Shown: positions 23,027-34,092 of the stretch, piece after piece
Numbering within the stretch: the stretch's first letter is position 1
How the letters are laid out: each line of letters starts with the position of its first letter
NCBI GenBank assembly: GCA_964019335.1
Contig: OZ025659.1
Coordinates: forward strand, 62,001 to 126,000
Direction of reading: 5' to 3'
Length of the DNA stretch: 64,000 nt
From: Diplonema japonicum
Lineage: Eukaryota > Protista > Euglenozoa: Diplonemea
Position numbers and translations under genes: made by a program
Notes under the pieces: model-generated
Told to the model about the DNA's origin: nothing
Databases searched by the model: none
The model's input: only the letters and a program-made list of their open reading frames with translations

Positions 23027-24460
23027 TTAACATTCATAAGATATAAGTTTCGATACGGACTCGCCCCTTCCCAAAGACTGCGCGTCGCAGACGTGAAGGT
23101 GCGTGACGGTCGGGTGGGGGGGGACCTCGTGGCCGGTGCTGGAGATGACCTTGCGGAGTGATTTGACAAGTGTAGAATACTGCTGCAAGGTGAGTGTAGA
23201 TATATAGGAGACCCACTCCGCGTCCGTCGGAGAAAGCGCCCCGAAAGCCGCGGTTAGTACAGCAGCGAGGTCGGAAACATATCCGATGGAAGTGTGGTAA
23301 TTGTTGTTCCGCTTCTGTGTCTCCTCGGGTGACCTGTCATCACCGTCCTCCGCCGCGCTGCCCTCATCAGCCACGTACACAATCGGAACACCCTTGCAGC
23401 ACCTCCCGCCCTTTCTCGAAACCTCAATAAGCGTTAAAATCTCCGCAAAAAGACCTTGCCTCAACTCTTTTATCTTTCGAAGCGCTGGTTTCAAATACTC
23501 TGCCTGTACGGTGATCACGGCGGGCGATGCCTCACCTATGTCGCGCAACCCGGGGAAGAGATGCGTTTCGAAAAAACCCTTTATTGAAAGATGGACTAAT
23601 TCCTCGCTGGATATCCCCACGTACCCACCGGGGTTTGTGAGAACCGCTGTTTCGTGAAGTAAACGGCTGCCGCAGGACGCGACGTAATTCTGCTTCAAAA
23701 CCTGTGTGGTGAACAATCCCAGCTGGGTCAAGGATATCCTTGTGGCAGGGGGCTGCAGTAGTGTAACGAGAAAAGACGAATTCACGGAGCTCCCCGCGCA
23801 TGCTAAGTCAGCACCGAGGATGATCGACGCAGACACAGCGTTTTCCTCAGCCTTGCTTGCGTTCTGCAGAACCGGGACGGTCGTGGTTTTCTCCTTAACC
23901 TGTGTGAAGAGACAGGTTACTGTTACATTGTGCAATCCTTCCGTTTCGCAGAAGGTTTTTGCGGAAGGTTCTTGTGTGGCTTCGACGACCTGGATGTCCC
24001 ATGTGCAGTCGGGCCGGGTTGTGTACAACCATTTTAAATCGTCGTGGATGGTTTTTAAATTGTTTTGGTCCGCTCTGCTTGTACACGGGACTACGATGGT
24101 GTGGTGGTGCACTGGGACTGTTTCAAGCTCGAGGATGGATTTTGCAGCTTTTATTGCCAGATGAAACCCTCCTGTGTGGTGTTGTCTTGCGCCGCAGATC
24201 TCTTTTTCCAGAACGCCTAAAATCTCGCTGCTGTGGTACATGTTTGCAATGTCCGTGGCGGTCTTCTTGACCTTCTTGTGTCCTGCTAGGCCTTCTCCGA
24301 GCTTCATCACCTTCTCCCTTGTTCTTTCGTGCAACCCTCTGAACAAACCCTTCACCGGGTCTATCGGCTTATCGATCGCCACCACCCCCAAGAGCTCGTC
24401 TATGATGCTCGCAACATCCTTCTTATGCAGATAATCGACAAAATCCTTGTCGAGGTTCAT
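23027..24460 (-). CDS. Hypothetical protein with N-terminal RIIa/Dpy-30-like docking helix pair
   Basis: 477-aa ORF; DYL....V..II.ELL.......P.DP motif. The remainder may be a degenerate GT-A fold. Confidence 0.65.
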   Translation of the reverse strand: MNLDKDFVDYLHKKDVASIIDELLGVVAIDKPIDPVKGLFRGLHERTREKVMKLGEGLAGHKKVKKTATDIANMYHSSEILGVLEKEICGARQHHTGGFHLAIKAAKSILELETVPVHHHTIVVPCTSRADQNNLKTIHDDLKWLYTTRPDCTWDIQVVEATQEPSAKTFCETEGLHNVTVTCLFTQVKEKTTTVPVLQNASKAEENAVSASIILGADLACAGSSVNSSFLVTLLQPPATRISLTQLGLFTTQVLKQNYVASCGSRLLHETAVLTNPGGYVGISSEELVHLSIKGFFETHLFPGLRDIGEASPAVITVQAEYLKPALRKIKELRQGLFAEILTLIEVSRKGGRCCKGVPIVYVADEGSAAEDGDDRSPEETQKRNNNYHTSIGYVSDLAAVLTAAFGALSPTDAEWVSYISTLTLQQYSTLVKSLRKVISSTGHEVPPHPTVTHLHVCDAQSLGRGESVSKLISYEC

Positions 24461-24574
24461 GTTTTTTTCTTTTTTTTTTTTCCTCCCCCCAATACAGGTT
24501 CTTTTTTTTTTCTTTCACGGAATGAGGTAGGAGAAAAAAGAAAAGAGAGAAAAAAGAAAAAAAAAAGTTGTCTC

Positions 24575-25063
24575 GATTTTAGTGGTGCCATGCAGTATGT
24601 GACACAGCGGCCACCCTTGTGAAACTTCGCCCCGAAGCCTCCCAAGTCCCCTGTGGTCCCGTAGAAAGTAAAAGTGGAGAAGTAAAGAAAGCTTGGAAAT
24701 TGAAATAGGGAGAGGGGCCACAGAAGCAATTAAACACCAACTGGAGAGTTGTGGGAGGCTTGCTTCACTGGCACGATGCCGCGGGGAGGCTACTTGCCTG
24801 ACCTGGTGAAGCCACCTCCTTGTTCGATGTAATGGGATAAGGGACTCTCCGTTGAGGGCGATGCTAACTGGCGCCACGCGTAGGGTGGGCTCTCCACCCC
24901 CGTCCAGGTTTCCCCACGTGTACGGCTTTAGAACGAGAGTTTCCCTTTCGCTTGTGTTTCTCCAAACCACAATTACCAGGAACCACCACAGGGAGGTTGG
25001 AAACATTGGTCCCCAAAAAAGAGGATAGGATATGACGACGCGCCGTGCATCGGCCGTGTGCAA
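24575..25063 (-). mobile_element. Short non-coding retroelement-like island carrying an HDV-like ribozyme
   Basis: About 490 bp of complex GC-rich sequence among homopolymer spacers. The ribozyme lies near its 5' end, and motif blocks are shared with three other islands. Confidence 0.55.
24939..25014 (-). ncRNA. HDV-like self-cleaving ribozyme (predicted)
   Basis: GGGGACC AAU GUUUCC A ACC UCCCUGU GGU GGUUCCU GG UAA UUGUGGUUUGGAGAAACACAA G C GAA AG GGAAAC. P1 is 7 bp with a G1-U wobble, P2 6 bp, P3 3 bp, L3 has U1/CC/G6, P1.1 GG, P4 8 bp, J4/2 GCGAA. Confidence 0.8.
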
Positions 25064-25535
25064 GTAAGTAAAGAGAGAGAGAGAGAGAGAGAGATAAAAT
25101 TGGGGGAAGAAATTACGAGTGTGCGTTCCATAAAAGACCTGGTAAAAAGAAGAAAGAACTCGATTGGGTATAAAAAAAAAATAAAATAAAAAAGAAGAAA
25201 TAAAAAAAGAAGATAGTCACTTTTAAGAGTTTGATGGCTCTCCTCTTTCTGGTGTTGAACGGGCTCTTCTGTCTTTTACTTGATGCTTTTTTTTTTTATT
25301 TTTTTTTTTAATTCCTCTCCCCCCTCACTTCTTTTTTTTTTTCTCTTCTTCTTTTTCGTCTTTTAGTAATATCGTTGATACAGAAAAGTGTCGGGGGAGG
25401 GGAAATAAGGTACAAAAAAAAAAAGACGCCAAATCGACGACGAAACGGGAACAGAGAAAGAGAGAGGAAGGGGGGGGGGGGGGAGAATGTGTTCGGTCAA
25501 TTGAACGCTATATCGGTGGTGTGGAGAGAGGGGGA

Positions 25536-25566
<31 letters not shown>

Positions 25567-25600
25567 ATTCCTTGAAAAAGGAATTTCTTTTTTTTCCCTC

Positions 25601-26234
25601 TTACACAACGAACTCTCTAGGTCCATCGAAATCATTGATACTGAGCTCAGTGAAAATGTGACGTCCACCAGCATCGACAACCTTTTTGTTGGTTTAAAAA
25701 AATAATTTTTTTTTTCTTCCACCACACCATGTTGCTTCTAATACTCCTAGGAAGAGCCACATGCCGTAAAGATGTGTTTGGGTGAGGTCTACCCCTTCCC
25801 TCCTTTTTTACCATGTCTGTGGGTTTCCACCTTGAAGGCTGTAAGATGTCCAGGACAGGGAATTTCATTTTTTGAAGCTTTTCTTTTATCGCAAGATCCT
25901 TCTTACGCATTTTTGTGAAGATGTCAGCCTCGGGATATGTAAGCCCGTGTCGCGTTGCTCGGCACAACGACACTGCAGGCAGCACAGGGGCTGCGTCACC
26001 TGCAGGTGCCTTCTTAATCCGCGGCCACTTAGGCTCCCCGAAAAACAATGAATCGCTGAGCCCGCAGGTCACCAACGTGGGGAGCCGCCTCTCTACCCCA
26101 TACCTCGTCTTACGTTCCAAGAGGGGTATCAGATTCCCTGGGGGGGGTGCCTCGTCCCTCCCAAAATCAGGCGGCAAATTCGAAATCTGCTGCTTTCTCT
26201 TTGTAGACAAACTACAGCTTATTCCGAAGGCCAT
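25601..26234 (-). CDS. Hypothetical protein; 2 exons
   Basis: ORF 25647-26234 with a probable GT-AG intron leading to VVDAGGRHIFTELSINDFDGPREFVV*. Start uncertain. Confidence 0.5.
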
Positions 26235-26474
26235 CCAGGGGCATGTTTTTTTTTTCCCTTCTTTTTTTTTTTTCCTCCCCCTGTAAACCTGGAAAACTAA
26301 AGGCAGAATAAAAACTCAAAGTGAACCCTCTCATGGAGGGCCGCCCTTAAAAAAAAAAAAGTATGACGAGAAGAAGAAGAAAAAAAGACCAAAAAATATT
26401 TTCACTTTTCTTTTTTTTGAATGGAAACTCAAAAAAAGGAAAAGGAAAAAAAAAAAAAAAAGAAGAAAACATCA

Positions 26475-27410
26475 TCAAGCATTGTTTCTTCTCATCACGC
26501 GGCCTTTCGACGTTGCAATGAGCGGCAGCCGTCGGGGAAGCTTCGCGCGTTTTCGTGCCGGGTCTTTATCCTTGACAGGGGCACGCGGAGAGGGCTCGAA
26601 GACGGTGGACAACTCCTTGGGAGGAGGCGCAGGGTGGAGCGGGGCAAACCGTTTCACCCTCTTCGCGAGCGTGAGGAGGTAGGCCTGCTGAGGCGGTTGC
26701 AGCTCGTTGAAACCCTTCTGAACGACGCCGCGAAGCGGCGGAGAGAGCGGGGGCGCGGGGGGCAGCGCGTCCTTCCCAACGTTCAACTGCGGCACCGACG
26801 TGGATACATAACCCTTCTCCCTTTCATCATCACTCATATCCCCTCCAGACCCACTACCATGACTAGAAGAAGCATCCCTGACCCGATCCATCTGTACACC
26901 AGGAGGCGCCGATGAAATGTCAACTGGTTCCTGTTCTTCTCTTCTCCCCTTCGATATCAGGTAGTCCCCGCTCATGAGATCGATGCCTATGTGTTTCATG
27001 GACAGGTAGGGAACGGGGTTCCCACCTTGCGGGTGGGGGTAGTAGCAAACCTCGTAGTCCTTGCCGCTGTGGAGGAGGGTTGTGTGTTGTACTTCCAAGC
27101 GGAGGGTGAGCTCCTCGTTTTGACTTTTGATTACGTGGTTTTCATTCATTAAGGTCACGAGCTGGTCCTTGAGCAGTGCGGCCTCTTCGCCTGGGGTTAC
27201 ATGTATGAACCGGATTTTATTCTGCCAGGACCGCACTTCGTTTACCTCTGCCAGATACTCCTTCTTCATCGCTGCGATGGTCTCCTTCAACTGCATGATG
27301 GTCTCGCATTGCATGTTGTGCCGTTGCGCCCATTCCTCTTCCCTCCCTGCTACTTTCGTCAGAATCGGCATTCTTGGTGACATGTTCTCATGTTGGTGCT
27401 CGAATTCCAT
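26475..27410 (-). CDS. Hypothetical coiled-coil protein
   Basis: 311-aa ORF preceded by an A run; N-terminal heptads and a Pro-rich C-terminus. Confidence 0.65.
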   Translation of the reverse strand: MEFEHQHENMSPRMPILTKVAGREEEWAQRHNMQCETIMQLKETIAAMKKEYLAEVNEVRSWQNKIRFIHVTPGEEAALLKDQLVTLMNENHVIKSQNEELTLRLEVQHTTLLHSGKDYEVCYYPHPQGGNPVPYLSMKHIGIDLMSGDYLISKGRREEQEPVDISSAPPGVQMDRVRDASSSHGSGSGGDMSDDEREKGYVSTSVPQLNVGKDALPPAPPLSPPLRGVVQKGFNELQPPQQAYLLTLAKRVKRFAPLHPAPPPKELSTVFEPSPRAPVKDKDPARKRAKLPRRLPLIATSKGRVMRRNNA

Positions 27411-27860
27411 TTTTTTTCCCCAAACATTCAGAAGGGGGGGGGGGGAACCTTTTTTGTTCGTGAAAGGGGGGTATCAAAAAAAGATTTTAAAAAAAAGAAA
27501 AAAAAGGCACACAAAAAAAGGGGGGGAAAATGGAGGTGTGAGGGGAGGGTCGTGTGTCTGGGTGAAAAAAAAGAAGAAAAGGTGACGAGATGGGGGGGGG
27601 GGGGGGGGGGAAGTGGGTGAAAAAAATGAAAGAAAAAAAAAGAAAAAAAAAGAAAAAAAAAGAAGGGGTAAAAAGAATAATAAAAAAAGACCCGTTTTTT
27701 TAAAAGTATTTTTTTTTTTTTGTTTTTTTAATTTTTTTTTTTTTTTTACACTTGTGGGTTTCCAAAAAAAAAGCCCGGAAAAAAAAATCTGAACGTTGTC
27801 AACACTACAAAAAAAAACCCTTTTTTTTTTTTTTTTTTCTTCTCCTTCCCGACTCACCTC

Positions 27861-29679
27861 TTAGACGGCACGCTTGCACGAGTACAAAAGGTTCTTAAGA
27901 GCAACAAGCTCCTTGTCAGACTTGATAAGGTTCATCCTGGCCTGGTAGTGCGTCAAGAAGATCGATGTGTGCGACTTCAGCATAGTGTCGAGCTCTTCCT
28001 TAAGGGGCGCGTGCCTTTTTTTTTTTTTTTTTTTTTTAAATAAAAAAGAGATCCCCCACATACTTAAGCGTGAAGAACCTAACAAGGTAGTTCAAAGCAG
28101 TCACGTACATGTAGAAGAACTTGTTCTGAGCATTGTTGTACAGAATGGACAGGTCCTTGTGCACAAGGAGGTACTCGTAGAACTTGACGTAGTTAAGCTT
28201 AACATCGTCCATGTACCCGTTGAGGCAGGCGTACAGCGCAACAATAGCGTGAAGGAAGTACGAGGGCCCCTTCTGGTTGAACATAGCCACGAACCTGGAA
28301 CCCCTGATCATCTCCATGGACACGACAGACTGCCCACCCACGGAGTCAGCAGCAAGCTTCCTGTACTCAGCAATGATCTTCTTAAGGTCAGTGGAAACCT
28401 CCTTCATCGCCTTGTTCTGGGCCGCGGAACCAACACGCGACACGGACAGACCGATGTTGACAGCGGGCCTCTGCCCACCGGTGAAGAGCTTGGCGTCAAG
28501 GTAGATCTGCCCGTCGGTGATGGAGATCACGTTGGTGACGATGTACGCCGTCACATCGTTGGAGAGGGTCTCGACAATGGGGAGGGCCGTCAGGGACCCA
28601 CCACCCATACCGGGTGACATCATGGCCGCACGCTCCAGCAGACGGGAGTGCAGGTAGAAAACGTCACCGGGGTACGCCTCACGACCAGGGGGACGCCTCA
28701 ACAGAAGCGACAACTGACGGTAGGCAACAGCCTGCTTCGACAAGTCGTCGTAGATAATCAGAGAGTGACGACCAGCGTCACGGAACTTCTCGCAGATGGT
28801 AACACCGGAGAACGGTGCGAGGTACTGAAGACCAGCGGGATCCGCGGCAGTTGCCGCCATGATGACAGAGTACTGCAGGGCGTTGTACAACCCGAGCAGA
28901 CGGAAGATACGAGCCACGTTGGAGCATCGCTGCCCGACAGACACGTACACCGACACAACGTTGTTCTTACGAAGAGTCTGCTGGTTCACCCTAACCTGGT
29001 TGATGATGGTCGACACGGCGATGGATGTCTTACCGGTCTGCCTGTCACCAACGATAAGCTCACGCTGCCCACGTCCGATGGGGATCATAGTGTCAACAAC
29101 CTTGAAACCGGTTGTCAAGTTGTAGTTAACAGGCTGACGCTGGATGATGTTGGGTGCAGCAACATCCACCTGACCGATCTCGTCGGAGAACAGAGGACGG
29201 GACCTCTGAAGGGCGCTGGTCGGGATCTCGTGGCCAAGGGGGTTGATCACCTTTCCAAGCACTCCGAAACCAACAGGGATCTTGAGGAGCTCCTCTGTGG
29301 CGTAGACGGGCTGGCCTGATCTGACAGCGTCGGTGTTGTCGAGAAGGATGACACCGATGGAACCGTCCTTGTTCAAGTTGAAGACGACAGCGTGCGCAAC
29401 ACCCTTCTCGGTCTCCTTGGAGGTCTGGATCTTCACAACACTGTTGAAAGACGCGCTGCCACCGACACCTGCGGGAGCGACGGTGGCGATGGTACCGTCG
29501 ATGGAGTGCACGTGGCCGACAAGGGGGGTTGCCTTGAACCCTCCCTTTGCGGCAGCGGATGCGCACCTCACTTGGCTCACGGGTGCCATCTTCTCAACAC
29601 CCATGGGCATGCTGGTAGTCCCCATGACAGGGGCAGCCGCCCTCCTCGAAGCCAGAGCTGCTCTGGTGCACCTCTTCAT
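27861..29679 (-). CDS. ATPA: Mitochondrial F1-ATP synthase subunit alpha (nucleus-encoded); 2 exons
   Basis: GDRQTGKT Walker A, PPGREAYPGDVFYLHSRLLERA, PAVNIGLSVSRVG. Intron 28015-28063; euglenozoan-type C-terminus ...KNLLYSCKRAV*. Confidence 0.97.
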
Positions 29680-29951
29680 TTTTTTCTTTTTTTTTTGATG
29701 GCTGTTGGATTCGGGGGGGGGGGGGGGGGGGGGTTTAATGAAATGAAAAATGAAAAAACTTTAAAATCTTGGGGGGGGGAACGGTGGTAAGGCGAGATGA
29801 AAAAAGAAATGGGGGGGGGGGGAAAAAAGAAAAAAAACACTTTTTTTTGTCCTTTCCTGGATAAAAAGGGGAAGGAGGGGCAAGGAAAGGGAAAAAAAAA
29901 CAGAAAAAAAAGGGAGAAACCAAGAATGAAAAAAAAAACTAATTGGGTGGG

Positions 29952-29989
<38 letters not shown>

Positions 29990-30452
29990 CTCGTTCTTCA
30001 TTTTTTTTTATCCCTCTCTTTGCTGTCTTCACTTTTGAACACCTTTTTTTTTTTCTCTCCCCCTTCTCGCCCTCTCAAAAACTTTTCTTCTTACTTTATA
30101 CTCCTTTTTTTTTTCTCTTTTGTTCTTCTTATCTTGACAATCTAGGTAAGGGGAGAGAATCGAAAGGGAAAACAAAACAAAAAAAAGAGGGGGGCTAAAG
30201 CACAATTTTCTTTTTTTTTGGGAAGAAGATGGGAGGGGGGGGAAAAAAAGGAAAAAAGAGTCGATCCTTAGCATTTTAGGTCGCGCACAAAGATACAAAT
30301 CCTGAGATGAGTAAAACATGCTACTGTTCTAACAAGAAAACTGAGCAGGTGCTTAAATACAAAAGCCCCCTAGGTTAGATTAATATATGGGAAACACACT
30401 CATTACAGGGTGGGGTGGGGATTTTTTTTTCTTTTTTTTTTTTTTTCAATAT

Positions 30453-30792
30453 CTAATCCTTCTTTTCACGCAGCCACTCGTATTCTTGGTAAAGCTTCTC
30501 CTCCTCCTCAGTGGTGAAGGGCTCAGTGATCCCAAACAGGTCCAAAATCTCCTGCTCGTTCTTGCCTCTCAGCATGTTGGCGATAGCTGCACAGCACAAA
30601 TCCCTCAAAGGCTCGATGTTCATAAAGTTAGCACCCTTAAGGGTGTAGAAGAGCTTTTCGTGCTGTGGGAGTGAGTGTCAAAAAAAAAAAAAAAAAAAAA
30701 AAAAAATACCTTCTTCTCATCACCATCTTCCAGCAAGGTCGTGGTGATGTAGGTCCAGTCAGCCTCATTCACAAGGTTTTTGAGGTCGTCCT

Positions 30793-30823
<31 letters not shown>

Positions 30824-31161
30824 AACACCACACCTTTAGAGGTTTTTCTAATTTTTCAACATCAGCTGTCTTATGTTGGTCTAGATATTCCCAGATGCAC
30901 TGGAGGGTTTCGCTGTCCACCTCAGGAAGCGGCATCTCTATTTCGCACCCTTCATCAGAGTCCTGCACCAGGTCCTGTATCAATCTCACCATCGGGACCA
31001 CATCGCGACTAAATTCGAACTGTTTTTTTTTTTTTTTTTTTTTTTTTTATATTATTATTATTCTTTTCTTTTCTCAATACCTTCTTGTTGTCCCTCGTCA
31101 CCACCACAATATGCGTAGACCAGTTCACGTCCTTGGTTTCCGTAATTTCCGTAAGAGGCAT
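30453..31161 (-). CDS. SKP1: SKP1 (SCF adaptor); 4 exons
   Basis: MPLPEVDSETLQCIWEYLDQH, GANFMNIEPLRDLCCAAIANMLRGK..EI..LFGI...FT.EEE. Three GT-AG introns. Confidence 0.92.
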
Positions 31162-31466
31162 TTTTTTCTTCTTTCTCTTTCTCTAATAAACTCCCTTTTT
31201 TTTTTTTAAACCATTGCTAACAAAAAAAAAAGAAGAAAGAGGGAAGAACACACAAAAAGAAAATGTGGGTGCACATAAAGAGGGTATTGAGTCAAAACTT
31301 ATTGGTCTCCCCCCTTTTTTTTTCCAACAACTCCAGCAGGCTAGAATACACCCCCCCCATCCAAAAAAAAGAAAAAAAGAGAAAACAAAAAGGTGTAGTG
31401 TTCCTAAGAAGTAAGAGAATAAAAAAAAGAAGAAAAGGAAGAGAAAAAAAAAGAGCTTTTTTTTTT

Positions 31467-32187
31467 TTAATTCACCTCACTAAAAGTGTTGTAGGCTTCC
31501 ATGACCCGTTCTTCGTAAATCTTCTCCCTGTTCTGCAGCCACGCGGTCTCTGTCTCCTTGTTCACGATGCAGTCGGAGGGGTCGCCGAGGATTCTGTAGA
31601 TAGTTTCCTTGTCCAGTGTCCTAAGCTTCGCGACCAGCAAGGCAGAACAGAGAGAAACGAGTGCAGGTATATCCAGAAGAGTTGCCACCTTCATGGTGGT
31701 GATAAGCAGCTCATACTGTAGGGCATTTTTTTCCATCCCCCCCCCCCACACCCCAGCATACCGGTGAATCATGTATTTTTAAGACTTGTGAAATATATTC
31801 CCATAGGTCGGAAGGTACAGATTTTTCCAGGTTTTCGAGCCAGCTTGCGGTCAAGGGTTGTGGGATTTTGAGCTTGTCGTTCTCCACAGCTAGATACGCA
31901 ACGGCACTGAACAAGGGGCCGTCGCCGACACCGGGGCATAAGTTTTTTAAGGGTATGACGACCCTTGCCTGTGTGTCACTCGCGTCGTCTTCTTCCTCGC
32001 CGCTTGATGCGGCATCCTTCACAGTTGGTATCAGAACCCTGTTCGCTGTCTTGGCCACTTCCGACACCAGCTTGGTGCTCTTTTGAATAGCCTGTTCATT
32101 CACCCCGTACTCGTCCCCCGTCGGCATTCTCAGAAAATAAAGACTGTTCCCCGCAGGGTCGGTGTGGTGCATCTTAAGGGCCACCAT
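31467..32187 (-). CDS. Divergent SKP1-like protein; 2 exons
   Basis: VIPL.N, KIPQPL, ATLLDIPALVSLCSALLVAKLR...ETIYRILG resemble the Skp1 POZ and C-terminal domains. One GTATG...CAG intron. Confidence 0.7.
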
Positions 32188-32266
32188 TGTATTTTTTATT
32201 TTTCACCCCCTTTTTTTTTTCTTCATTTTTTTTTTTTTTCCCGTCAAAAAAATATCGTTTTTTTAA

Positions 32267-34043
32267 CCCTTAGACGCCCAAGGGGGGGGGGGGGGGGGGG
32301 GTAATTGATTTTCGTCAAAATCGAAATTTTTCGATTTTGGGTCTTTGTTGGCATTGGGTCAAACATGCTGAGTCTTGAGGTTATTTTTTGATTCGGGGTA
32401 CGCATTTGAAAGATTTGAAAGATTTGCGTTCATTCCACTAAATATTTAGTGTTTTCGACCCATGGAGGTGCATCGACCGGATGCCATGAGTTCATTTGCT
32501 TTTCCTGGAAATCATGCATGCGAAACTCGCTAAAATCTCAGTGTGCATGGGGGTGTTCACTGTTCTGGTGCCTGCGGTGACTGTTTGTCGCAATGAGATG
32601 AACGGCATCTGGGCGAGAAACATTTACATGGAGTTGTGCAAGGCAGGGAGGTAATTTGATTCGAGGAGAAGAGACCTCGTGCCATAGCTGTGTCCAAGGT
32701 GCCAGAGGTATGCACCCTCGGTTTGGCGTTGGCCGGGAAGGCTGACCTTCCGCATCGTGCTGAGCATTTCTGGACTTCCGCTTACCGGGGGTCATCCCAG
32801 GGGTTGGAGGTGAGCACTCTCTTCCTTTTTCCAGCTGCTCTGGCGTCACGACGGTCACAATTTCAGGAGGTATTGTTTCACCATCCTGGCACATTCCTTT
32901 GCTTTGAACTACTTTCGCTTGGATAATCCTGTGGTGGGCTGTGGCAGACGGGAGGTTCTCACTTCACTCTGCTTGCTTTTCAATACGTTCTTTACCCATG
33001 CATGCTCCGTTATGCTGGTCACCGTCTGGGATCGGTGGTTGCAAACGTCACACCAGTGCTGGTTTCCACACCAGGCCATCCGTTTCCCGTGTGACCACGA
33101 AGCACACCACGAGTACCCCGGGCTGGGACCGAACCCGACGATCGACCAGAGGGCCTGCACGAGCGACCCGAACCGCAAGTGGGACGGGACCAAATGCGAC
33201 CCGAAGCCCTGTGGAGCGATCTTCGTGCGGGAGAAGTGGTTGAAGGCGCCGAATGCAGACTGCCCAGAGGGACACGGCGGTGGACGCCCGTGTGCAAGCC
33301 GGTCGCAACGTGCACGGTGACGACGGACGCGGCGGCGTGCAAGAGCGAACTGCGCCTGGGACCGCGAGAACTCGGTGTCCAGGGACACGCGGTACCCGAC
33401 CCAGGGAGCTCCGCGGCGAGCAGCGACTGTGGATGGACGGGTGATGTACGCGGAGAAGAAGTGCACGGCGGCGAGGACACAGGCAGACTGCAAGGCTTGC
33501 GATTGCTGCTCGTGGAACGCTGCAGCAGCGTCTGCTCGCAGGACCGTTGCCAGCCTCTGAACCGCCGGACTGCGGGAGGCCACTGGGACGACGAAGAATG
33601 AGCGCATCCCCGACTACAAAAAAACCAGAAAGGTGGGCCACCTGTTTCGTAGGATCCCAACCGATTGACGTAGAGAGGTGCATTTAACCCATATGAACAT
33701 TGCAGGTCGACGGGAACTGCTCCCGTTGTGTGCTGGCATGTTGATTTTGATAAGGCCTAGTGACTCGGAAAAAAAAAAAAAAAAAAAGAGGGAAAAAATC
33801 ATGGAAAAATCATGAAAATCCGGAATGCCCATTTTTGGTGTCATCCGGTGTCTCGGCACCCCGTTCTGGGATGAAGTTATGAGGTTTCAGATGGATACAA
33901 ATAGCGCATTTAACGCAGATTTTCAATATCTTTCCATTCCATCTTTTTTTTATGAAAACCGATCCGAGGCTTTGGTCTAGATGACCACAGAACAATCACA
34001 CCTATTAACTGCTTCTACAGAAGCAGTGTTGGGCGTTTAAGGG
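32267..34043. mobile_element. Non-autonomous piggyBac-type element (family A) carrying gene fragments
   Basis: TTAA at 32263-32266 and 34044-34047. 15-bp TIRs CCCTTAGACGCCCAA / TTGGGCGTTTAAGGG (1 mismatch). The right end is repeated at 60406-60962. Confidence 0.85.
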
Positions 34044-34092
34044 TTAATAATTTTGTATTTTTATTTTTTTTTATTTTATTTTTTAATATTAA

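Noticed and set aside
1-32187. Functional ubiquitin-pathway cluster (cullin, UBX, AN1, two SKP1)
   Set aside because: The genes are interspersed with unrelated ones, and euglenozoan clusters are generally not functionally organised.
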